From an uncultured Verrucomicrobiae bacterium (GTDB taxonomy: Bacteria; Verrucomicrobiota; Verrucomicrobiia; Limisphaerales; Palsa-1400): 64,000 nt of DNA. The DNA lies in the NCBI GenBank assembly GCA_963707025.1, contig CAVPOM010000005.1, positions 416,001-480,000 of the forward strand. The letters run 5' to 3'. The position numbers were made by a program, and so were the translations under genes. The notes below the pieces were generated by a model. It was not told the DNA's origin. It searched no databases and saw only the letters and a list, made by a program, of their open reading frames with translations. Numbering within the stretch: the stretch's first letter is position 1; each line of letters begins with the position of its first letter. Positions 19,641 through 27,328 of the stretch are shown here, in pieces.

Positions 19641-19723
19641 ATTGAGAATTGGTCATTTGTCATCGCAATCCGCCCAACGTCTTCCCATAACCAATAACAC
19701 ATCTTCCATGACCAATTCTCAAT
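19641..19723. repeat. Perfect 16-bp inverted repeat
   Basis: ATTGAGAATTGGTCAT (19641-19656) / ATGACCAATTCTCAAT (19708-19723). Confidence 0.75.
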
Positions 19724-19902
19724 CGAGCGATCCCAAGGCGCCTCTCACTTTTTGGACAGTTCCCAGGTGGGGACCCCCGGTGCGGCGTCCACGTCGGCGC
19801 AGCGCCGCGAGCCTGCTAAAAACTGAGATGTGCCCGCGCCCGAGGTTGCGCCAGGGAAGAGGCCGCCATCCACTCGCAACGCCTGGGCACAGGGGAGAAC
19901 GG

Positions 19903-20092
19903 CCCCGCCAGTAGGGAGCGCCAGCCGGGGAACCGATTCCCTAAATCCCGCCGGCGGGCCGTCTCCGAATCCAAAAAACCGGCGCCATGCCCGGTGAAGC
20001 TGACGCCCGGCACACGGCGGCAAACTCTCCCCCGCACATGGCATGACTTATGCAAAAGCTCCCGGCGAGAACGATGCCAGGTGTTCTGCAAG
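19903..20092 (+). promoter_or_regulatory. sigma54 promoter plus enhancer module, copy 2 (gvpN)
   Basis: GGGGAAC-CG-ATTCCCT 19927-19942; identical TGGCATGACTTATGCA 20039-20054. Confidence 0.8.
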
Positions 20093-20135
20093 GATCATCA
20101 GTGGGCAGCAATAATCTAAACAATCGCGTTTCCGC

Positions 20136-21176
20136 ATGAATGTTCGCAACGCCAAAGCGCCCGGAAGCGAAAGGGCGGAAACCGCCCCCGACACTTTTTT
20201 GCCCGAACCAAGCCATGGATTTGTCACCACGCCCTTTGTCGAGCAGATCGCCCGGCGGGCGCTGACCTATCTGCAAGCCGGCTATCCCATCCATTTCGCC
20301 GGCGCCGCCGGCACGGGCAAGACCACGGTGGCCTTTCATGTGGCCGCCCAACTGGGCCGGCCGGTCTCCCTCATCCACGGGGACGATGACTTCGGCAGTT
20401 CGGACCTCGTCGGCCAGGACAGCGGCTACCGCAAGCACAAGGTCATTGACAACTACATCCATTCGGTCGTGAAAACGGAGGAGGAGATGAAGTCACTCTG
20501 GCTGGAAAACCGCCTCACCACCGCCTGCCAGGACGGGGACACGCTGATCTACGACGAATTCAACCGCTCCCGGCCTGAAGCCAACAATCCGTTCCTGAGC
20601 ATCTTTTCCGAACGCATCCTCAACCTGCCCAAGCTGCGCCGCTCCGGCGGCGGCTACCTCCAGGTCCATCCGCAATTCCGCGCCATCTTCACCTCCAATC
20701 CGGAAGAATACGCGGGGGTCCATAAAACCCAGGACGCCTTGATGGACCGCTTGATCACCATTCCACTGGAACACTACGACCGGCAGACGGAGATTGAGAT
20801 CACCGTCGCCCGCTCCGGCATTGGCCAGGCCGATGCCGAAATCATCGTGGACCTGGTGCGCCGGCTCCGGCGCGTCGGCCTGAGCAACAGCCGCCCGACC
20901 ATCCGCGCCTGCATCGCCATCGCCCGCGTGCTGACGCTGCGCGGCGTCCATGCCCAGCCGGAGGATGCCATCTTCCAATGGGCCTGCCGGGATGTGCTCA
21001 GCTCGGAATCGGCCAAGGTGACTCGCGACGGCCGCTCGATCATGCCCGACAAGGTGGAGGAAGCTTTGCTCGCGGGGCTGCGCGCCGCCCCGGCTCCCGT
21101 CCCGCCCATTTCCCGGCCCCGCCCGCGCCAGGCCCACCAGAAAGGAAACGGCGAATGCCTCCTGCAAAACGCATAA
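20136..21176 (+). CDS. gvpN: Gas vesicle AAA+ ATPase GvpN
   Basis: GAAGTGKT, VIDNYIHSVVKTEE, LIYDEFNRSRPEANN, FTSNPEEYAGVHKTQDALMDR. Confidence 0.95.
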   Translation: MNVRNAKAPGSERAETAPDTFLPEPSHGFVTTPFVEQIARRALTYLQAGYPIHFAGAAGTGKTTVAFHVAAQLGRPVSLIHGDDDFGSSDLVGQDSGYRKHKVIDNYIHSVVKTEEEMKSLWLENRLTTACQDGDTLIYDEFNRSRPEANNPFLSIFSERILNLPKLRRSGGGYLQVHPQFRAIFTSNPEEYAGVHKTQDALMDRLITIPLEHYDRQTEIEITVARSGIGQADAEIIVDLVRRLRRVGLSNSRPTIRACIAIARVLTLRGVHAQPEDAIFQWACRDVLSSESAKVTRDGRSIMPDKVEEALLAGLRAAPAPVPPISRPRPRQAHQKGNGECLLQNA

Positions 21177-21490
21177 TTCGCGGCGTCAAAGACATCCGCA
21201 CCCGCTCCGGCACGCCCGGCCAGGTGGTCGTCCCTTACAAGACCTACATGGCCATCACCGCCTTGGAGATGGAAAAATTCCGGCGCGAAACCGAGCGCGA
21301 CAACCTGAGGCTGCGCTTGGACAACGTCAACGCCCGCCTCCAAACTGTGGCCTCGGATAAAGCGGCCCTGTTGCAGCGCCTCGGCCACCAATCAGCGGGG
21401 CGGCCCGGCCGGCGGCCGATCAAATCCTCCCGGCCGATCCGGGATGGCCGCGCGGCGGGCCAGGCCGGCGCATTCAAATTCCAGTATTGA
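21155..21490 (+). CDS. Small basic coiled-coil gas vesicle accessory protein (GvpV-like position)
   Basis: MPPAKRIIRGVKDIRT...LEMEKFRRETE...FKFQY; AAGGA RBS; between gvpN and gvpF. Confidence 0.6.
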   Translation: MPPAKRIIRGVKDIRTRSGTPGQVVVPYKTYMAITALEMEKFRRETERDNLRLRLDNVNARLQTVASDKAALLQRLGHQSAGRPGRRPIKSSRPIRDGRAAGQAGAFKFQY

Positions 21491-21514
21491 CAATCGCGCC
21501 GCCGCGCCACAGCC

Positions 21515-22294
21515 ATGAACACGCCTTCCGAACCCGGCCCGCTCCAGGGGGGAGAATACCTGTATGCCATCGCGGCCCTGGACAAGGACCGCGCCTGCGA
21601 TGTGGCGGGCATTGACGGCGCCCCCGTCTATAGTGTCCACTGTGGCCGGGTGACGGCGGTGGTGAGCAAATGCGCCCGCCAAAAACTGCGCCCGGAACGC
21701 GCCCACCTGGCGGCGCACAAAGCAGTCCTCCAGCGCCTGATGCTGGACAGCACCGTCCTGCCGATGGCCTTCGGCACCATTGCCGGCGACCTGAAAGCGG
21801 TCCGGCGGTTGCTGGCGCTCAACCAGGAAGTTTTTCTCGAACAACTGGAACGTCTGGCCGGCAAGGTCGAGATGGGCGTGCGCGTCAAGTGGGACGTGCC
21901 CAACATCTTCGAGTATTTTGTTGATATCCACCCCGAATTGCGCCTCTTGCGCGACCGTTTGCTGGGGACCCGGCGCGAACCCCGCCAGGAAGACCGGATG
22001 GAACTGGGGCAACTCTTCGCCCGCATCCTGGACGAAGACCGCGAAGCCCATGCTGCCAGCCTGGAGGAGGCCCTCGCGCCCTGCTGCGCCGAAATCAAGC
22101 GCTCGCCTCTCCGCAACCTCAACGAGGTGGCCAATCTCAATTGCCTGGCCGGGCGCAACGGGCAACGGCAACTGGAAGGGGCCGTTTTCCGGGCCGCCAG
22201 CCTGTTTGACAACAACTACGCCTTTGATCTCAACGGACCGTGGGCGCCGCACAATTTCGTCGAGCTGGACCTCCAACTCGATGGCCAAAGCTGA
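21515..22294 (+). CDS. gvpF: GvpF/GvpL family protein
   Basis: YLYAI, AHKAVL...VLPMAFG, GKVEMGVRVKW, GPWAPHNFV. Confidence 0.88.
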   Translation: MNTPSEPGPLQGGEYLYAIAALDKDRACDVAGIDGAPVYSVHCGRVTAVVSKCARQKLRPERAHLAAHKAVLQRLMLDSTVLPMAFGTIAGDLKAVRRLLALNQEVFLEQLERLAGKVEMGVRVKWDVPNIFEYFVDIHPELRLLRDRLLGTRREPRQEDRMELGQLFARILDEDREAHAASLEEALAPCCAEIKRSPLRNLNEVANLNCLAGRNGQRQLEGAVFRAASLFDNNYAFDLNGPWAPHNFVELDLQLDGQS

Positions 22295-22306
22295 AGCGGA
22301 TGCCCC

Positions 22307-22564
22307 ATGCTGCTCCTGGACAAACTCCTGTTCTCTCCCGTCGGCGCCACCATCTGGGCGGCCCGCCAGGTCCAGCACGCCATCCAGCAAGAACAAGCCG
22401 CCGCACCGGAGCGCATTACCGCCGACTTGAGCGAGCTTTACATGATGCTGGAAACAGGCCGGCTGGGCGAAGCGGAATTTAACGCCCGCGAAAAGGAACT
22501 GCTCGATCGCTTGGACCGGATTGAGGAGCGGGAAAACGGCTCCAACCAGGCCAGCTCCGCATGA
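22307..22564 (+). CDS. gvpG: Gas vesicle protein GvpG
   Basis: LLFSPVGATIW...LSELYMMLETGRLGEAEFNAREKELLDRL. Confidence 0.88.
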   Translation: MLLLDKLLFSPVGATIWAARQVQHAIQQEQAAAPERITADLSELYMMLETGRLGEAEFNAREKELLDRLDRIEERENGSNQASSA

Positions 22565-24753
22565 GCGCGCCGGCCCCATCCTTCCTGGCGGACCAGCGGC
22601 TTGGACTCCTGCTCTTCGGCGGCAAGGGCGGCGTGGGAAAAACTTCCTGCGCCACGGCGACCGCGCTGCAACTGGCCAGGGCCTTTCCAGGAGCCGCCTT
22701 TCTTCTCGTATCCACCGATCCGGCCCACTCCGTGATGGACAGCCTGGCCGGAGCCGTGCCGCCGCCCAACTTGCAGGTCACCGAACTGGACGCCCGGGCC
22801 TGCCTGGCCGCCTTCAAAGCCCGGCATGCTCCCAAGCTCTGCGCCATTGCCTCGCGCGGGACCTTTCTCGACCAGGACGACATCAGCCGCTTTTTGGACC
22901 TTTCCCTGCCGGGATTGGACGAACTGATGGCGGCGCTGGAAATTGCCGCCTGGGTCGCCGCCCGGCGTTACCAAACCATCCTGGTGGACACCGCCCCCAC
23001 CGGCCACACTCTCCGCCTGCTCGCCATGCCCGCCTTGCTCCACAACTGGCTCGGAGCTTTGGACGCCTTGCTGGCCAAACACCGCTATCTGAGCAAGCTG
23101 TTCCGCGGCGCGGTTCATCGCGACGAAATTGACGCCTTCCTGGAGGGGCTGGCCGGCTCTGTCAAACAGATGGAAGCCCTCCTCCGGGATGCCAGGCGCA
23201 GCCGCTTTGTGCCCGTCATGCTGGCCGAAGAAATGAGCCTCGGCGAAACCCGCTCCCTCCTGGCCGAACTGAAACGCGCCCAGGTGCCGGTCAACGACAT
23301 CATTGTCAACCGGCTGTTGCCGGAAAATGAATGCCCGGTCTGCGCTGACGGACGGGTCCAGCAAAGCCGCGTCCTGAGCCGGATATTCAGCAGCCGCGCT
23401 TTATCCCGCCACTCCTGGTGGGGCGTGCCTCTGTATCCCAGGGAAGTTTGTGGAGCCGGGGGCCTTCTGGCGTTTTGGGGAGGATTGACGCGCCTGGCCA
23501 AAAGACCGGCCTGTCCTGCAACACCCATTCCTCCGAAGCTGGACATTTCCTACCCGTGCCCGAATCCAGCGGCTGGCATCCCGTTGCAGTCGGGACCGGC
23601 CGCAACGAGCGACGACTTGCTGCTTTCCCATGCAGTTTTTTTACAGAATGAAACCTCCGCAAAACGCGCGTCCACCCTTGTAGCGGCGGTCTATGACCGC
23701 CGCAAACCAGGGGAAATAACCGAATGGCGGCGCTCACAAGCCGCCGCTACAGGCGTCTTGCAGGAGTCGCAGAATGAGTGGCCGCCAGCTTCTGCCAGCG
23801 CAGCGGCCCGCCTGCCCGGCGAAAAATCGTTGCTGCTCTTCGCCGGCAAAGGCGGCGTGGGCAAGACCACGCTGGCCTGCGCCACCGCGCTGCGTTTGGC
23901 CCGGGACTCGCCCGCCGGCGAGGTGCTGCTTTTTTCCACCGACCCCGCTCACTCGCTGGCCGGCTGTCTGGGAGCGCCGGTCGGCCCGGCGTCAAAACGG
24001 ATTTGTCCCGGCCTGGCGGCGCTGGAGATGGACGCCGCGGCCGAATTTCGCGCCCTGAAGCAACTTTACAGCCAGGAGTTGCAGTCCTTCCTCCGCTCCC
24101 TTTTGCCCGAAATGGACCTGGCCTATGACCGGCCGGCCATGGAACACATCGTGGACCTTTCGCCGCCGGGGCTGGACGAAGTCATGGCCCTGACCCGGGT
24201 AATGGACCTGTGCGATCAACACCAGTACCGCACCCTGGTGCTGGACTGCGCCCCCACCGGCCATCTCATCCGCCTGCTGGAAATGCCGGAATTGGTGGAC
24301 GGCTGGTTGAAGGCCTTTTTCGGCCTGTTCCTCAAATACAAACACATTTTTCGCCTGCCCAAAGTGTCGCAGCGGTTGGTGGACATCTCCAAAGCCCTCA
24401 AACGCCTGCGCGCGCTCCTGGCCGATCCGGCTCGGTGCGCTCTCTGCGCCGTGGCCATCCTTACCGACATGGCCTTTGCAGAAACCAAGGACCTGTTGGC
24501 GACCTGCCAGCGCCTGCGCGTCAGCCCGCCGGTGCTCTTCCTCAATCTGGCCACCCCGGCCGGCGGCTGCCCCTTGTGCTCCGCCCTGCGGCGCCGCGAG
24601 TCCATTATCCAACAAAAATTTCAGCGGGCCTTCCCCGCGGCGGCGCAAGTCCTGGTTTATCGGCGTGGCGAGCCTCGCGGTTTGGCGCGCCTTGGGGAAC
24701 TGGGCCAGGCGCTCTACGCCGCCCCGGCAACAATGGAGATGTGCCATGCGTGA
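22561..24753 (+). CDS. Tandem-domain ArsA/Get3-family ATPase
   Basis: Two copies each of GKGGVGKT, STDPAHS, PGLDE, D(T/C)APTGH and CPxC; long linker. Confidence 0.88.
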   Translation: MSAPAPSFLADQRLGLLLFGGKGGVGKTSCATATALQLARAFPGAAFLLVSTDPAHSVMDSLAGAVPPPNLQVTELDARACLAAFKARHAPKLCAIASRGTFLDQDDISRFLDLSLPGLDELMAALEIAAWVAARRYQTILVDTAPTGHTLRLLAMPALLHNWLGALDALLAKHRYLSKLFRGAVHRDEIDAFLEGLAGSVKQMEALLRDARRSRFVPVMLAEEMSLGETRSLLAELKRAQVPVNDIIVNRLLPENECPVCADGRVQQSRVLSRIFSSRALSRHSWWGVPLYPREVCGAGGLLAFWGGLTRLAKRPACPATPIPPKLDISYPCPNPAAGIPLQSGPAATSDDLLLSHAVFLQNETSAKRASTLVAAVYDRRKPGEITEWRRSQAAATGVLQESQNEWPPASASAAARLPGEKSLLLFAGKGGVGKTTLACATALRLARDSPAGEVLLFSTDPAHSLAGCLGAPVGPASKRICPGLAALEMDAAAEFRALKQLYSQELQSFLRSLLPEMDLAYDRPAMEHIVDLSPPGLDEVMALTRVMDLCDQHQYRTLVLDCAPTGHLIRLLEMPELVDGWLKAFFGLFLKYKHIFRLPKVSQRLVDISKALKRLRALLADPARCALCAVAILTDMAFAETKDLLATCQRLRVSPPVLFLNLATPAGGCPLCSALRRRESIIQQKFQRAFPAAAQVLVYRRGEPRGLARLGELGQALYAAPATMEMCHA
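23679..23763 (+). repeat. GTAG-type REP-like element inside the ArsA/Get3 linker
   Basis: TGTAGCGGCGG (23679-23689) / CCGCCGCTACA (23741-23751) terminal inverted repeat; homologous to 15932-16016. Confidence 0.75.
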
Positions 24754-25375
24754 ATTATGCTCCCAGCCAACCCGGCACATTTCCTTGTGCCAAGCCCTGG
24801 ATCGCGTCCTCAACACCGGCGTCGTCGCGCTCGGCGAAGTGACCTTGTCGGTGGCCGACGTGGACCTGATTTACCTGGGGCTGCAACTGGTCCTCACTTC
24901 CGTCGAAAGCGGCCGGCCACCCGCTCCGATCCACCCCGGCCCGCAACCCGGCCCGAACTCGCGCGGCGGCCCGCGACTGGCGCCAACAGAGCCAATCCCA
25001 GCCGGCCCGGCAGCCAAGGAACCGCCCGGCGCCGCCACGCCGTTGCCGGCGGCGGGCCAGACCGGCGCGCTTCCTTCCGGCGGCCCTGGCGAAAAAACCT
25101 TACCCCATGCCGGCGCCGGCGCCGGCGCCGATTCCAACCGGGAAAAAAACGGGCTGGGGAAATTGGTCTTGACATTGATGAAAGTCCTGCACGAACTCCT
25201 CCAGCGTCAGGCCCTCCGGCGCATCGCCGGCGGCGCCCTCTCCCCGGCCCAGATCGAGCGCCTCGGCCTGACCCTCATGCGCCAGGCCCGGGAAATTGAG
25301 CGGCTGCGCCAGGATTTTGGCCTGGCGGAACAAGACCTCAACCTCGACCTCGGCCCGCTGGGCACACTGCTCTGA
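24746..25375 (+). CDS. gvpK: GvpA/J-family domain fused to GvpK
   Basis: N-term LDRVLNTGVVALGEVTLSVADVDLIYL; Pro/Gly linker; C-term GLGKLVLTL...LLQRQALRR...IERLG...DLNLDLGPLG. Confidence 0.8.
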   Translation: MRELCSQPTRHISLCQALDRVLNTGVVALGEVTLSVADVDLIYLGLQLVLTSVESGRPPAPIHPGPQPGPNSRGGPRLAPTEPIPAGPAAKEPPGAATPLPAAGQTGALPSGGPGEKTLPHAGAGAGADSNREKNGLGKLVLTLMKVLHELLQRQALRRIAGGALSPAQIERLGLTLMRQAREIERLRQDFGLAEQDLNLDLGPLGTLL

Positions 25376-25380
25376 CTGCC

Positions 25381-25713
25381 ATGAACCCGCCACGGCACAT
25401 CGAACATTCCACCAGTGGCGCCACTCTGGCCGACCTGCTCGAACGCATCCTGGACAAAGGCATTGTCATCGCCGGCGACATCAAGGTCAAGATCGTGGAC
25501 ATCGAGTTGCTCACCATCCAGATTCGCCTGCTGGTCTGTTCCGTGGACAAGGCCAGGGAGATCGGCGTGGATTGGTGGGTCAATCATCCCGCTTTCAGCC
25601 CGCACCAGCCAGAGCGCCTGCCGGACTCCGTCCTCAAGCTCGAAGAGCGCCTGGCCCGCCTCGAGACGCGCCTGCCCGCCCCGACTCCAGCCGCCGCTCC
25701 CCACCCGCCCTGA
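25381..25713 (+). CDS. gvpJ: GvpJ (GvpA-family minor protein)
   Basis: [19 protein letters not shown]...IRLLVCSVDKAREIGVDWW. Confidence 0.88.
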   Translation: MNPPRHIEHSTSGATLADLLERILDKGIVIAGDIKVKIVDIELLTIQIRLLVCSVDKAREIGVDWWVNHPAFSPHQPERLPDSVLKLEERLARLETRLPAPTPAAAPHPP

Positions 25714-25732
25714 TCCTGGAGCCATTGTGCCA

Positions 25733-25805
25733 AGGCCGGATTTCACCCAGGGTGGATCGTCCCTCGCAACCCTGGGCTGCAGGATCCAATCCCGTTGGAA
25801 TTGGC
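25733..25805. repeat. Palindromic element downstream of the gvp operon
   Basis: CCCAGGGT (25746) / ACCCTGGG (25769) hairpin plus CCAATCCCGTTGGAATTGG; single copy in window. Confidence 0.4.
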
Positions 25806-26083
25806 AAAATCATTGCTGCCGCTCCAAACGTCGCTTGTCATTCCATTTATAATTCATCATTTATATTTATAATTTCCCCCGGCCATCCGCGGTTAAGGGC
25901 GGGCCATTGCCTTTCAACGGGTTGCGCCTCACCCCATCCCGCGCCCCTCCCGCCCACAATACTAAGGAATTTGAGTTGACATACAATAGTTTCTATAGTA
26001 CTTTTCCTCTGAAGGCCGCTTCCATCAACCTTCACAACTCAATTATGGAAAATTGGAGAACAGCAAAAAAAGGAGATCAAATC

Positions 26084-27184
26084 ATGGCACGCAACGGAAA
26101 AATTGCCCGGCTCCCCCGGGAGATTCGCACCCGGCTCAACACCCGCCTGCTGGACGGTCACCAAGGCAAACAAATCGTCCAGTGGTTAAACTCATTGCCG
26201 GAGGTCAGGGAGGTGCTGGACCAAAAGTTCGAAGGCCGCGCCGTCAACGAGCAAAATCTTTCCGACTGGCGCCAGGGCGGCTACGAGGAGTGGCTGGCCC
26301 ACGAGGACATCCAGGCCCAGATGGTCGAACTGGACGCCGACCAGGAGGAACTCCGCCACACCGCCCGCGGTGAGGCGCTCACCAAGCATTTGGCCGCCGC
26401 CTTCGCCTTTTGCTATGCCGCCATCCTCGCCCGGCCCGGCCTGGAGTTGGTCGAAAAATCCCCCGGCCATCTGCGCGCCTTGCGTTCCATTGCCCTGGTC
26501 GTCGTCAAACTGCGCCGCGGCGAACAAAACGAGGCCCGCCTCAAAATCGAGAACGAGCGCTGGAATCTGGCCCGCAGCCAAATGGCTGAGGAAAAGGCCG
26601 AAACCCTCCAACGCAAGCAAATGGAGGCCCTTGCCGCCCCCATCTGGGCGGCCGTGAAAATGGGAAAACGGACGGTGGAATTCGGTGCCGGCAACGCCGC
26701 CAGGCTGGCGGCGGAAATGCTCCGGGAAATCGAAACCTGCCCCGACCCGGCCCATTTTCAGAGCAAAGTTCTGGCCCCGCGCTCGCCGGAAGAGTGGCTC
26801 CGCTTTTTTCAAGAATTGGCCAAAGACCCCCCGGCCATGCCCTCCCCGGTCCAGGCGGCGTTGGACACCCTCCATGAAATTGATGCCGGCCTTGGCTTTG
26901 AAACCAAAATCAGGCCCCCTTCATCCATGTCTAAGCCGGGCAGCCCTTCTCCAAAACCCGCCAAACGCCGCCCACGCCGGCGCTCGCCGGCGCCCCGCGC
27001 GTCCCGGCCGCCGTCGCCCGCCAGACCATCCCCCAAAGCGCCTCTTGGCGCGACCCCGCCGGAGCCGTCTGGCAACCAAGGCCCTCCTCCAGCCCTCCGC
27101 CCTGCCGTCCCGCCCCCAAGCCAGTCCGATCCAACCGGCCCGCTGCCGCCCGATCCAGTCCCATCAGGCCCCCATCAAGGCTAA
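26084..27184 (+). CDS. Hypothetical protein with DUF3486/Mu gp27-like N-terminus and Pro-rich tail
   Basis: AGGAG RBS; MARNGKIARLPREIRTRLNTRL...IVQWLN...NEQNLSDWRQGGYEEW. Confidence 0.55.
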   Translation: MARNGKIARLPREIRTRLNTRLLDGHQGKQIVQWLNSLPEVREVLDQKFEGRAVNEQNLSDWRQGGYEEWLAHEDIQAQMVELDADQEELRHTARGEALTKHLAAAFAFCYAAILARPGLELVEKSPGHLRALRSIALVVVKLRRGEQNEARLKIENERWNLARSQMAEEKAETLQRKQMEALAAPIWAAVKMGKRTVEFGAGNAARLAAEMLREIETCPDPAHFQSKVLAPRSPEEWLRFFQELAKDPPAMPSPVQAALDTLHEIDAGLGFETKIRPPSSMSKPGSPSPKPAKRRPRRRSPAPRASRPPSPARPSPKAPLGATPPEPSGNQGPPPALRPAVPPPSQSDPTGPLPPDPVPSGPHQG

Positions 27185-27328
27185 TCAAGGCCAGTCAAGG
27201 CGATTTTTAATCCCCCCGCCCTGCCACCATAAAGACAAGCTCAAGGTTCCCGCTTGCGATTTCCAGGCTCGCGGCTAGCATCGGCCTCGCAAGCCAAAAG
27301 CATGAGCCAGCCAGGGCGCCAGAAACCT

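Noticed and set aside
22561..24753. Arsenic-resistance operon
   Set aside because: No arsB/acr3/arsC/arsD; the gene is embedded in the gvp operon, and the ArsR at 31 kb sits with sulfur genes.
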